Positions 29,323-39,280 of a stretch of DNA of 64,000 bases are shown in pieces. The DNA is from an uncultured Verrucomicrobiae bacterium (GTDB lineage Bacteria > Verrucomicrobiota > Verrucomicrobiia > Chthoniobacterales > JAFAMB01). The stretch covers positions 128,001 through 192,000 of the forward strand of contig CAVXLD010000012.1 in assembly GCA_963762565.1 (NCBI GenBank). The letters are read 5' to 3'. The notes below the pieces were generated by a model. It did not search any database. It was not told where the DNA came from and saw only the letters and a program-made list of their open reading frames with translations. Each line of letters begins with the position of its first letter. Position 1 is the first letter of the stretch. The position numbers and the translations under genes were made by a program.

Positions 29323-31244
29323 CGAGCGGCTCGACTTCGTTTCTTGAGGAACGCTAGGCCGAGACCGACACAGGTCACGACCACTGGCATCAGTGCGATG
29401 TTTAGCCACTTCAGCCAGTTCTGGAGAGAATCGATTTCTTGCCGGAGTTCTTTTCGAACTTCCTTCAACTGTTTGTCAATCTGAGCCTCGTTTGCTTGAA
29501 ACTTTTTAATCTCACCTTGCTGTTCGGGCGAAAGGACGGTTTTCTCGTCCGTCTGCTTAGCGCTTTGTAGTTCGGAAACCTTTTGCCGGGCTTGCTGAAG
29601 GCTAGTTTCCAGCTCGTCGATCTTGCTTTGATATTTGTCTTGGGCGGCCGCCTCCATCTTATTGACGACATCGAACGGCCGGTTCGCGGATGACCGGCTA
29701 CGAATCGACATCAGATTCGAATCCCCGGCGAGCAGCTCTACACTGCTTTCGATTAGATTGAGATTGCCGTTGCTCGGAGTAAACACGACCTGATTCATCA
29801 TCTGTTGTTCGCGCCCGGCGATCTGGTCATAGGCAAAGTCCGAGTCGCCGATCAATATGGCAACACCTTCGTTGGTCGCGTCTTTGAGATAGGTTGGAGT
29901 CGGTGTGGCTGAGGGCGCAGGCGAAGCCGCGGGTGTCGGAGTAGGGGCAGCGGCCGCAGCCGGCTTTCCATCAGGAAATGCGGTCTTGAATTTGCCGGAT
30001 AACCGGACGGCCAACGGCAAAACCTTATTGCCAGGTTTATAGAACTTCCTGATCCCATCCGCTCCCATCATGATCATAGTGGCGTCGACTAACCCAGCTT
30101 GGGGTGTCGACGAGACCAAAACTTCCTCCTTTAGACCACTTGCCGGGGTACCGGTGAACGCCCCCGCGAACGGCAACAACAGATCGTTGGTGCCCGCTCC
30201 CAAAGGATCAGACTTGTTAATGTTGTCCCCGCTAATCGAAAGGACCGTCAGATCGGTGTCCTGTGCACCGTTCTGCCGCTGTATCCGCGTTGCCAGGTTT
30301 GGGTCAGCTACGATTTTGTTTGCGGTGAACTCCAGACCCCAGGCCTTCAGGAGTTTGTCTAGATTGGCCGAAAAGGTTTCGCCACGCATCATTGCCTGTT
30401 GGCCGCTCAACTGTGAATCAACAAAAGAAAACGGATCCAGTAGCGCCACCAGTTTACCGCCCCGAAGCATAAATTGATCGATCGCGAATTGAGCGGATTC
30501 AGTTATACCCTTTGGGTACGCTAACAACAGGACGGAGATATCGTCATCGATTTTATCCGCCGTTACCGGTACCTCGCCTAACGTGTAATTCTGTTTCAGC
30601 TCCTGAACGAAAACCCAGGGGTCGCTGCCGCGCTGTCGTTGCATCATCATCATCGGCGTCGTTTTGCCGAGCACTGGTAAAGCACTCATAACACCGACGA
30701 CCGCCTTTTTCGGGTTTACGACGCTCGAAATTGCCCGCGAGATATCATATTCGAGCAAAGTTTCCCGCTGCGGGCTTAGGAAAGAAATCGCGGTTTTAGC
30801 ATCAAGGCAGCTAACGGCTAAGCCGAGATAGATGCGGTCGCCGGTCAAATTGGCAGCGGTAGTCTGGCCCTGAACACCGTCTAAGCGAGCGGAGTCTTCC
30901 GCGTCAGAGTCCGGCTTCGGATCAAGCTTTACCACCTCGATTTTGCCGTGACCTGCCTGTTGGTACTCGGAAAGCAAGTCTTCGACTTCTTGCGCGTAAG
31001 TGCGCAAGGGTACCGGCATGGAGGAATTATCTTTGCTGTAGTAGAACCGGATTTCGACCGGCGTATCCAGCTTATCCAGGATCTTTTTCGTGCCCGGCGA
31101 GAGCGTGTAAATCTTATTCTCAGTCAGGTCACTCCTGACCTTGAGGAAATTACCGAGCACGTTCACTGCGATCAAGATCACTAAGACAGCGACCACCGCG
31201 GCGACAGGAAACAGCCAAGTCTCGATTTTCTTCATAGCTATCAA
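29319..31244 (-). CDS. GldG-family ABC-type transport auxiliary protein
   Basis: DLTENKIYTLS..TKKIL, EYDISRAI, AIDQFMLRGG and GDSDF; TM helices at both ends. Confidence 0.85.
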   Translation of the reverse strand: MIAMKKIETWLFPVAAVVAVLVILIAVNVLGNFLKVRSDLTENKIYTLSPGTKKILDKLDTPVEIRFYYSKDNSSMPVPLRTYAQEVEDLLSEYQQAGHGKIEVVKLDPKPDSDAEDSARLDGVQGQTTAANLTGDRIYLGLAVSCLDAKTAISFLSPQRETLLEYDISRAISSVVNPKKAVVGVMSALPVLGKTTPMMMMQRQRGSDPWVFVQELKQNYTLGEVPVTADKIDDDISVLLLAYPKGITESAQFAIDQFMLRGGKLVALLDPFSFVDSQLSGQQAMMRGETFSANLDKLLKAWGLEFTANKIVADPNLATRIQRQNGAQDTDLTVLSISGDNINKSDPLGAGTNDLLLPFAGAFTGTPASGLKEEVLVSSTPQAGLVDATMIMMGADGIRKFYKPGNKVLPLAVRLSGKFKTAFPDGKPAAAAAPTPTPAASPAPSATPTPTYLKDATNEGVAILIGDSDFAYDQIAGREQQMMNQVVFTPSNGNLNLIESSVELLAGDSNLMSIRSRSSANRPFDVVNKMEAAAQDKYQSKIDELETSLQQARQKVSELQSAKQTDEKTVLSPEQQGEIKKFQANEAQIDKQLKEVRKELRQEIDSLQNWLKWLNIALMPVVVTCVGLGLAFLKKRSRAAR

Positions 31245-31972
31245 GCGCGATGTGCGCGGAGAACGACACTATTGGCGAACAAGCAGAATACCACCACGCT
31301 CACAAAAAAGAGCAGGTCACGACTATCAACTACACCGCGTTGCAGACTGTCAAAGTGAGTCATCACACCGATTGACGCTAAACCGTCTACCAGCCAAGCC
31401 GGAGCCCAGTTTGAAACTGCGTCCGTCACGGGCGGCCATCCGCAAAGGATTAGAAAGAGACAGATCACAACAGCGAGGATAAAGCTGACAACTTGGTTTC
31501 GGGTAAAAGACGAAGTCAGCTCCGCGATGGAGAGAAATGCGCCAGCCATTAACAGACTTCCCAAGTAACCGCAAAAGATCCGGCCGTAATCCGGATGTCC
31601 CAGATAGCCAACGGTTACGACGATGGGAAAAGTCAAAAGCAAGGCGATCGCCAAGAAGATCCAGCTAGCGAGGAACTTTCCTAAGATAGCCTGCCAGGGT
31701 GTGACCGGCATCGTCAGGAGAAGCTCCATCGTTCCCAATCGCAGTTCCTCCGACCAAAGGCGCATGCCGACAGCCGGCACCAGAAAAAGATAAAGCCAGG
31801 GGTGCCAGAGAAAAAACGGAAGTAGATCAGCAACTCCGCGATCAAAAAACTGTCCTACCATGAAGGTAAAGAACCCAGCGAGTAACAGAAAGATTACGAT
31901 GAATACGTACGCTACTGGAGAGGAGAAATAGGCACCAAGCTCTCGCTTGGCGATAGTCCAAATGGTCTTCAT
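31241..31972 (-). CDS. ABC-2 type permease (GldF-like)
   Basis: AKRELGAYFSSPVAY, MRLWSEE..LGTMELLLT.PV and GKFLA. Confidence 0.9.
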   Translation of the reverse strand: MKTIWTIAKRELGAYFSSPVAYVFIVIFLLLAGFFTFMVGQFFDRGVADLLPFFLWHPWLYLFLVPAVGMRLWSEELRLGTMELLLTMPVTPWQAILGKFLASWIFLAIALLLTFPIVVTVGYLGHPDYGRIFCGYLGSLLMAGAFLSIAELTSSFTRNQVVSFILAVVICLFLILCGWPPVTDAVSNWAPAWLVDGLASIGVMTHFDSLQRGVVDSRDLLFFVSVVVFCLFANSVVLRAHRA

Positions 31973-32913
31973 GCCGCAGATTTTGTGTCGGGGAGGGTAA
32001 TGGAGCGGAACACGTCATCGAGTCGACCTTCTTCCACGTCCAGATGTTCAATTTTCCAAGCATTGCGGGTTCCAGCTTCAAGCAACTCCGGCAACACGTT
32101 TCCCCGCGGAACGACCTGGACGGTCACGTGTTCCGGCTTTTCCGCAACGATCCAGAATTTTTCAACAGCTTTTAAGCTCTCGATTTGTGCTACCAGATTA
32201 TCTTTCGAAACATTTCCTACCGTGACAATCACGTTACCGGCGGAAGGCGACTTTGCCTTCAATTCATCCGGCGTTCCATTCGCGACGATTTTCCCTTGAT
32301 CGATGATGATTGCACGGGTGCATGCCGCCTCGACCTCTTCGAGAATATGGGTCGAAAAAATGATCGCTTTCTCTGAACCCATGCGCTTGATCAGCGTGCG
32401 CACCTCGTATTTCTGATTAGGATCCAACCCATCGGTTGGCTCATCGAGGATCAGAACCTCGGGATCATGGATCAGAGCTTGCGCGAGACACGTTCGGTGC
32501 CGGAATCCCTTGGAAAGTGTGTCGACGCTCTGATGCAGTACTTGCTCGAGGAAACAGAGCTGAACGACTCGATCGATCGCGTTTTTCTTTGCCGTCCCGA
32601 ATAAGCCCCGCATTTCTGCGCAAAAACTCAGAAAACCGAAAACCGACATGTCCGAGTAGATTGGGGCGTTCTCCGGCAGGTAACCGATACGGCGGCGCGC
32701 CTCCAGGGGTTGATCGGCGACGTTGAAGCCAGCGACGGTGACGGTTCCGGCGGTGGGCGGTAAATAGCCGGTGATCATCCGCATACTGGTGGACTTCCCA
32801 GCGCCGTTTGGGCCGAGAAATCCGAGGACTTCACCTTTACTGACGGAGAAAGTCACGCCGTCGACCGCACACTTCGCGCCAAACATTTTGGTCAAGTGCT
32901 CGACGTTGATCAT
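31969..32913 (-). CDS. ABC transporter ATP-binding protein (GldA-like)
   Basis: GPNGAGKST Walker A, LSKG, ILDEPTDGLDP and STHIL. Confidence 0.92.
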   Translation of the reverse strand: MINVEHLTKMFGAKCAVDGVTFSVSKGEVLGFLGPNGAGKSTSMRMITGYLPPTAGTVTVAGFNVADQPLEARRRIGYLPENAPIYSDMSVFGFLSFCAEMRGLFGTAKKNAIDRVVQLCFLEQVLHQSVDTLSKGFRHRTCLAQALIHDPEVLILDEPTDGLDPNQKYEVRTLIKRMGSEKAIIFSTHILEEVEAACTRAIIIDQGKIVANGTPDELKAKSPSAGNVIVTVGNVSKDNLVAQIESLKAVEKFWIVAEKPEHVTVQVVPRGNVLPELLEAGTRNAWKIEHLDVEEGRLDDVFRSITLPDTKSAA

Positions 32914-33199
32914 GGGTGAGAGCTCATCGTGAAATGAATGTAGGGGTGGGGCGGCTTAGAAAGAGCGCGACGTATCGAATTTGTCAAGCACGGCCACTTT
33001 TTTCGGTGGAGCGATGCCCTCCCGGTATCGACGACTGTCCCCTCTTACCGAAGACGATGCGGACCAAGACGCGGCCACGAAGAAAATCGACTCAACCTAA
33101 CCCTATGCGCTAAGTCGCCTTCTCAGCGTTGGGATGGCGATTGCGCGTTGAGGCGAAGCCGTGGAGCGCGTTTGGCGTTTGGCGGTTCGGGCGGTGCCC

Positions 33200-33322
33200 G
33201 GGAGGGATCGCGTCCTCGCGATCCGTGGTTATCGAAGCCGAGGAAATGCTGTAGTCGCGGAACAAGAATAGACCTTTAGGTGATGGCACGTCCTCGCGGC
33301 GCGCGGGGACGCGCGCCCTCCC
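33200..33322 (+). repeat. family A REPIN-like element
   Basis: Canonical arms, 73-nt interior, flanked by inverted heptamer-like tracts. Confidence 0.85.
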
Positions 33323-33432
33323 TGAACCGCACAGCGATCGCCCGAACCGCCGAACGCCGAACGCCAGCAGCGCTCCACGTTTGCCTGCCAACGACATTGC
33401 GTTCACACTTGCCTTTCGTTAACGTTACAGCA

Positions 33433-35469
33433 GTGTCGACCTCCGTTCCTACCCCCAAGCCGGAAGTTTTATGGCGACCGAATGCCAACGTTGCCGAGAG
33501 GAGTAATCTTAATCGTTATCTCCAGTGGTTATCGAAAACACACGACGTCCGGTGTCAAAGCTACGGAGAAGTTTACGACTGGTCAGTCACCAAAATCGAC
33601 GATTTCTGGCGATCCATCGCCCAGTTTTTCGACGTCCAGTTTCATACCCACTCCGATCAGGCAGTTATTTGGCATCAGACGGATGATGCTCGCTGGTTCC
33701 CGGGCGCGACCTTGAATTACGCCGAACAGGTTTTACGAGCGATCCGGCAACGACCGGAGGAAGTAGCGATTCTTTCTGCGGTCGAAGGACAAGACCAATC
33801 GACGCGCCGTCGGATTAAAGGAAACGAGTTGCTCACGCAAGTAGCGGCGGTGGCTACTGCTTTGCGCGCGGCCGGAGTTGAAAAAGGGGATCGAGTAGCC
33901 GGCTATTTGCCGAATTACCCCGAAACCGTGATCGCGTTTCTAGCCAGTGCGTCCATCGGCGCCATCTGGTCCAGTTGTCCTCCGGAGCTCTCAAGCAAAG
34001 GGGTCTTAGAGCGCCTGCAACAGATCTCGCCGAAAGTGCTCTTTGGGGTGAACGGTTACTATTACGCGGGTAAATATCAGGACCGAAGTGAACCATTGCG
34101 CGACGTCGCCAATGGGCTCTCTTCGCTAAAGGTCGTCGTGATAGTTGGCACTAACCCTGTCCTAAGCGGCCTCTTGAACCCGGTGCCGGTCACATCGTGG
34201 GACAGCTTTATTCGTGATGTCGATCCGCGCTCATTTTCCGTACTGCCCGTCGAATTCGAGTATCCGCTTTGGATTCTCTTTTCATCCGGTACAACCGGGA
34301 TCCCAAAGCCAATCGTACAAAGCCACGGGGGAATCTTATTAGAACACCTCAAAGCCTTGGCCTTGCAGCTGGACCTGCAGCCAGGAGACCGGTTTTTCTG
34401 GTACACCACCGCAGGCTGGATGATGTGGAATTTCCTGGTGACAGGATTGGCTCTTGGCACTTGTATCGTCCTGTACGATGGAAGCCCAAAATACCCAGAT
34501 TGGATGGTTCTTTGGCGTTTTGCGGAGGAAGAGCGGATTACTTATTTCGGCACCAGCGCGCCGTTCTTACTCGCATGCGAGAAAACAGGGTTAAGTCCGC
34601 GTACCAATTTCTCTTTCAGTCATTTGCGGGCGATCGGGTCGACCGGCGCACCGTTACCCCCCGAAGGATTCGACTGGGTTTATGAGCATGTGAAACCGGA
34701 CGTGTGGTTGGGTTCCGCTAGCGGCGGCACCGATGTTTGTACCGCCTTCGTTCTATCGAATCCGTTGGATCCCGTCATACGCGGAAAACTCCAATGTCGC
34801 GGCCTCGGTGCTCGCATCGAAGCGTGGAACGAGAATGGTGAAGCAGTTTGGAATGAGATGGGCGAATTAGTCTTGACCGCCCCTTTTCCATCCATGCCGG
34901 TTTTTTTCTGGAATGATCCGGATGGTAGCCGGCTTCGAGGAAGCTATTTCGATTATTTTCCGGGGATTTGGCGGCATGGCGACTGGATCGAAATCGACCC
35001 GGATGATGGTCAATGTGTTATTTATGGCAGGTCCGATTCTACCCTGAACCGTGGCGGTGTGCGCATGGGAACCAGCGAGTTTTATCGGGTAGTTGAAGCG
35101 TTCCCTGAGATCCAAGAAGGTCTGGTGATCGATACGACGGGGCTCAAGCTTGGTTCGGAGGAAATGAGTGGAACGCTGATTTTGTTCGTGGTTTTGGCTC
35201 CTGGCGTAGAGTTCACGCCCGCACTAAAAGCGTCGATCTGCGATCGGATCCGGACTCAGCTTTCGCCTCGTTATACCCCGGACGATGTCTGTGTGGTCGG
35301 CGAGATTCCCCATACCTTGAATGGGAAGAAACTGGAGGTGCCGGTTAAGCGAATATTTCAAGGTGTCCCCCTCGCTAAAGCGGTGAGCCGGGAGGCGTTG
35401 AGTAATCCGCATGTGCTCGATGAATACGTTGAGCTGGCGGAGAGGATGGAGCCGAAGACTTCTGCGTAA
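33433..35469 (+). CDS. acetoacetate--CoA ligase
   Basis: WFPGATLNYAE, FSSGTTGIPK, GWMMWN, SGGTD, GRSDSTLNRGGVRMGT and GKKLEVPVK; in-frame GTG at 33433 chosen because the upstream extension runs through a repeat. Confidence 0.9.
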   Translation: MSTSVPTPKPEVLWRPNANVAERSNLNRYLQWLSKTHDVRCQSYGEVYDWSVTKIDDFWRSIAQFFDVQFHTHSDQAVIWHQTDDARWFPGATLNYAEQVLRAIRQRPEEVAILSAVEGQDQSTRRRIKGNELLTQVAAVATALRAAGVEKGDRVAGYLPNYPETVIAFLASASIGAIWSSCPPELSSKGVLERLQQISPKVLFGVNGYYYAGKYQDRSEPLRDVANGLSSLKVVVIVGTNPVLSGLLNPVPVTSWDSFIRDVDPRSFSVLPVEFEYPLWILFSSGTTGIPKPIVQSHGGILLEHLKALALQLDLQPGDRFFWYTTAGWMMWNFLVTGLALGTCIVLYDGSPKYPDWMVLWRFAEEERITYFGTSAPFLLACEKTGLSPRTNFSFSHLRAIGSTGAPLPPEGFDWVYEHVKPDVWLGSASGGTDVCTAFVLSNPLDPVIRGKLQCRGLGARIEAWNENGEAVWNEMGELVLTAPFPSMPVFFWNDPDGSRLRGSYFDYFPGIWRHGDWIEIDPDDGQCVIYGRSDSTLNRGGVRMGTSEFYRVVEAFPEIQEGLVIDTTGLKLGSEEMSGTLILFVVLAPGVEFTPALKASICDRIRTQLSPRYTPDDVCVVGEIPHTLNGKKLEVPVKRIFQGVPLAKAVSREALSNPHVLDEYVELAERMEPKTSA

Positions 35470-35489
35470 GCCTTCGCCGACCCATCGTG

Positions 35490-35668
35490 GGGAGGGATCG
35501 CGTCCTCGCGATCCGTTGTTCGCGGAGCTGCGCGTTTTCGTCTTCGCGTGATCAATATGTCTGGAGCTGGTGAACGTCTTCGCGGCGCGCGAGGATCCGA
35601 CGTCGCCCCGGTGGATGAGAAATCGATAGAATGCATCAGGCTATGTCGGACAGGCAGCGCGCCCTCCC
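35490..35668 (+). repeat. family A element carrying a nested family D element at 35596-35656
   Basis: GGCGCGCGAGGA[TCCGACGTCGCC-N32-GCTATGTCGGACAGGCA]GCGCGCCCTCCC. Confidence 0.85.
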
Positions 35669-35741
35669 GGGCCAGGCGCCGATCTCCCACAGCTTACCGC
35701 GCTTGCCTGCTCTGCCGCTACACGGTACACGTTAATCTTTC

Positions 35742-36869
35742 ATGCCTAAGAATCACGTTTCACGGTTGATCTTCGCTTCGAGTGAGCTGTCAGCGGATAT
35801 GCTTTACGCCACCGGTTTTTCAGTTCCGGATCCGTTCCTTTACCTGGAACAGAACGGCAAGAAGACGATTTTACTCTCCGATCTCGAGATCGGCCGTGGG
35901 CGTAAAGAAGCGGCGGTGGATGAAATCGCTTCTCTATCCGGGATTCAGGATCCACTTGAAAAACGTTTGAAGAAAAGGCCGACGATCGAAGAAACCGTCA
36001 CTCAATTTCTGCGGAAAAGACGAGTCAAACGGGCTGAGGTGCCTGCCGATTTTCCCTTAGGCCTTGCCGTCGCCCTTCGGGAAGCTGGCATTCAAGTGAC
36101 ACCAGTCGATGGATTATTTCATAGTGCTCGAGAGTTTAAGGCCGCTGCCGAGGTGAAGAAGCTAGAACGCGCAATAGAGCTTACTGAAACCGGTTTGGCG
36201 CGGGCGTATGAAGTCTTACGAGCTTCAGAAATCAAGCCGGGCCGAAAACTGGTCTGGGGCGGCAAGCTGCTGACGTCAGAAATTTTGCGAGCAGAAATCG
36301 ACTGCGCGATCCTTCGTGCCGGAGGCACACCGACGAACTCAATTGTCGCTGGCGGCGATCAAGCCTGCGATCCACATCATGTCGGTAGCGGGCCGTTGAA
36401 AGCGAATTCTTTGATCATACTCGACATATTTCCACGCGATAAGGCGAGTGGTTTCTATGGCGATCTAACTCGGACAGTCGTCCGCGGCAGGGCTAGCATC
36501 GCTCAAAGAAAGCTCTGGGAAACAGTATTAGAAGCAGAAGAATTGGCTCTGCGGACTATCGCTCCGGGGAAATCCGGGAAAGAAGTGCAAGATAACGTAA
36601 AAACACTCTTCAAGGACCGAGGTTATCCTACCGAGGAAAAGAATGGACAATGGACCGGATTCTTTCACGGCCTCGGCCACGGCTTGGGTCTCGAAATCCA
36701 CGAACCGCTGCGCATTGGTTCAATAGAATTCAAGGTTGGCCATGTGCTGACCGTCGAGCCTGGTCTCTACTACCCGGGCGTCGGTGGGGCCAGACATGAA
36801 GACGACGGAATTGTGACCGAAACCGGCTTCAAGGTCCTGTCGAAGTTCCCGAAGGTGTTGGAGTTGTAG
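35742..36869 (+). CDS. Xaa-Pro aminopeptidase (M24 family)
   Basis: LDIFP..GFYGDLTRT, HGLGHGLGLEIHE, TVEPGLY and RHEDD. Confidence 0.92.
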   Translation: MPKNHVSRLIFASSELSADMLYATGFSVPDPFLYLEQNGKKTILLSDLEIGRGRKEAAVDEIASLSGIQDPLEKRLKKRPTIEETVTQFLRKRRVKRAEVPADFPLGLAVALREAGIQVTPVDGLFHSAREFKAAAEVKKLERAIELTETGLARAYEVLRASEIKPGRKLVWGGKLLTSEILRAEIDCAILRAGGTPTNSIVAGGDQACDPHHVGSGPLKANSLIILDIFPRDKASGFYGDLTRTVVRGRASIAQRKLWETVLEAEELALRTIAPGKSGKEVQDNVKTLFKDRGYPTEEKNGQWTGFFHGLGHGLGLEIHEPLRIGSIEFKVGHVLTVEPGLYYPGVGGARHEDDGIVTETGFKVLSKFPKVLEL

Positions 36870-36941
36870 GGTTAGCGGTTTGCAGTTGGCTGTTTGCGGT
36901 TTCTCCACGCTGGGACATATAAGTCCTATACGTCCCATAGA

Positions 36942-36976
36942 GCCTGTCGCGCCGTAGGCTTCGCGAAGGCGGATCC
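36942..36976 (-). repeat. family D REP-like hairpin, short-loop form
   Basis: Reverse complement GGATCCGCCTTCGCGAAGCCTACGGCGCGACAGGC, adjoining a GTCCCATA-type repeat tract. Confidence 0.6.
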
Positions 36977-37045
36977 TATTCGTGGTTGGTGAACGCCCTT
37001 CGAAGTGCCAGGCGCCATCAGCCACCTCTGAACCGCGAAACCGAA

Positions 37046-37609
37046 TCAGCCCTTCAGCGAGAAGCCTAGGATCAGGGCGCCCCAGGCTACACCGAGGGCG
37101 GTAGCGACCCGCCAGCGCAAGATTGATTTCGTGACCCAGGTGATCTGGTCTCGCAACAGATACGGTTTTCCGACCCAGAACATGCCCAGCGTGAGCCAGA
37201 CGTAGGCCAGCACTACGATTAATAACCTCCAGAGTTCCGGACGCAGAAAGGCGGAAGAGATCATCGGTTCCGCGATCAGCATGGCGAAAATACCAAGCGC
37301 TCTGGCTGCCAGTAATTCGTCGACAAAAAAAATGGTCAGAAAGAATAAGACCGGAATCGCGAATTCGACGTAAGGCCTGAGCCAGGAAAACTCTTCCAGG
37401 TCCATCGACGAGATCAGCCAGAAACACCAAACCGCATCAATCGCTAAGAGAATGATTCCGCCCGTTCTGGACCGGGGAAGCTTCAGCAAGAACTTCTGAG
37501 AATCAGTCGGACGCAATAGCGCATAAAGATGGGCCAAGAGAACAATCGATCCGATCGTCAGGCCGACCAGATTAAGACTCAGGTAGTAAATTCGAGGAGG
37601 GTAGTCCAT
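37046..37609 (-). CDS. integral membrane hypothetical protein
   Basis: 187 aa with about six hydrophobic helices; starts 7 nt after the miaB stop. Confidence 0.75.
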   Translation of the reverse strand: MDYPPRIYYLSLNLVGLTIGSIVLLAHLYALLRPTDSQKFLLKLPRSRTGGIILLAIDAVWCFWLISSMDLEEFSWLRPYVEFAIPVLFFLTIFFVDELLAARALGIFAMLIAEPMISSAFLRPELWRLLIVVLAYVWLTLGMFWVGKPYLLRDQITWVTKSILRWRVATALGVAWGALILGFSLKG

Positions 37610-37616
37610 TTAATGT

Positions 37617-38996
37617 TCAGGAGAAAATAGCTGGGTCACCATAAAGCGTGTAGCCGGTGGAGCGGTTGATCCGAACCGGGAACATTTGCCCCCGATGTCG
37701 CTCCGACCCTTCAAAAACGACAATCTTATTCCCGCGAGTTCGCCCCATGAGCCGGCTCGGGTTAGTCTTGCTAGGCCCTTCGCATAGAATTTCTACTTCG
37801 CGTCCGACAAAAGCTTCGCCGCGCCGCCGCGCCCAGGAGTTGACCAGGTTCAATAGGTCGTGGTTACGCTCTTCTTTAACGGTGTCCGGGACCTGATCAA
37901 CCATCTCGGCGGCCGGAGTGTCTTTCCTGGTCGAATACTTAAATACAAAAGCATTATCGAATCCCACCTGGTCGACTAATTCTCTGGTCTTCGAATAGTC
38001 CCCTTCCGTTTCTCCAGGGAAGCCGACGATGATGTCGGTTGTAATCGCCATATCCGGACAGCGATCACGAATCGAGTCGACTAAAGCCAGATATTTTTCG
38101 GCGGAATAAGTGCGATGCATCCGCTTGAGGATAGGGTTTGAACCGGACTGAAGCGGCAGATGGATGTGTTCCACGAGCTTCGGCAGCCGGGTAAAGGCTT
38201 CGATCAAATCACTCTTGAACCCGATCGGGTGCGGTGATGTAAACCGGATCCGTTCCACACCGGCAATGTCATGCACGGCTTCCAAGAGTTGAACGAACGG
38301 TGACTTACCGTCCTGCCTGGGAAACTCGTGTCGCCCGTACAGGTTAACGATTTGTCCCAGCAAGGTGACTTCTCTGATTCCCCGGCTGACCAACCAGCGA
38401 ACTTCTTCCACAATTTCGGGGATTGGACGGCTGCGTTCCGGCCCTCGGGTATATGGCACGATGCAGAAAGTGCAATGCATGTTACAGCCTTGCATGATGG
38501 ACACGAAGCTCGTCACCTGTGCGGAGCCGACGGAATGATCCCGAATCGAGTTCTGGGAATCAGCCTCTTCATCAACGTCGACAATCGAGAAGCGTAGATC
38601 ATCGGTTCGACTGAGCGCGAGATCCTGGCGTCGTGCTGCTTGTTGAGAAAGTGCTTGGTCAACGTAGTCGGCGACTCGGTGAAACTTTTGTGTACCGATG
38701 ACTAAATTAAGGTGGGGTACGCTTCGCAGAAGCGACTCGCCGCGGCTCTGCGCCATGCAACCGAGAAACCCATAAACGACCGGACGCTGCTGGGATAGCG
38801 CCCCCAACATGCCCATTTTCCCGAGAGCCTTTTGTTCGGCCAAATCGCGCACGCTGCACGTATTCAGCAAAACCACATCGGCTTCTTCTTCGTGCGAAGT
38901 CAAAACGTGCCCGCGGGCGACCAGCATCTGCGCGACCTGCTCTGAGTCGCGCTCATTCATCTGGCATCCGTACGTTTTGATGTAAATCCTGGCCAT
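37617..38996 (-). CDS. miaB: tRNA-2-methylthio-N6-dimethylallyladenosine synthase
   Basis: TYGCQMNERDSE, NTCSVR, radical SAM GCNMHCTFC and TRAM domain GRTRGNK. Confidence 0.96.
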   Translation of the reverse strand: MARIYIKTYGCQMNERDSEQVAQMLVARGHVLTSHEEEADVVLLNTCSVRDLAEQKALGKMGMLGALSQQRPVVYGFLGCMAQSRGESLLRSVPHLNLVIGTQKFHRVADYVDQALSQQAARRQDLALSRTDDLRFSIVDVDEEADSQNSIRDHSVGSAQVTSFVSIMQGCNMHCTFCIVPYTRGPERSRPIPEIVEEVRWLVSRGIREVTLLGQIVNLYGRHEFPRQDGKSPFVQLLEAVHDIAGVERIRFTSPHPIGFKSDLIEAFTRLPKLVEHIHLPLQSGSNPILKRMHRTYSAEKYLALVDSIRDRCPDMAITTDIIVGFPGETEGDYSKTRELVDQVGFDNAFVFKYSTRKDTPAAEMVDQVPDTVKEERNHDLLNLVNSWARRRGEAFVGREVEILCEGPSKTNPSRLMGRTRGNKIVVFEGSERHRGQMFPVRINRSTGYTLYGDPAIFS

Positions 38997-39055
38997 TAGC
39001 GATCGGGAAGGCGGGTAAGCTACCGTGAATTTGGCATTACGCGACAAAAAATAGA

Positions 39056-39172
39056 GGGAGGGATCGGGTCCCCGCGATCAGTGTTTGCGGAGCCGAGTAC
39101 AGACCAGATCGAGCGTTTGGCTGAGTCTACGATGCACACCTGTTCGCGGCGCGCGGGGACGCGCGCCCTCCC
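39056..39172 (+). repeat. family A REPIN-like element
   Basis: Both arms present, 67-nt interior. Confidence 0.8.
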
Positions 39173-39280
39173 GGCTCAGGGGCCACTTGGTCCGCTTCCC
39201 ACGAGAACGAAGCTAGCTCTTCTTTTCAACCAAATCGCACTGAGGGGCTTGAAACAAATCTAGGACTGGGAGAAAGCCTT

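Noticed and set aside
33280..33432. N-terminal extension of acetoacetate-CoA ligase
   Set aside because: Begins inside the family A repeat and heptamer tract.
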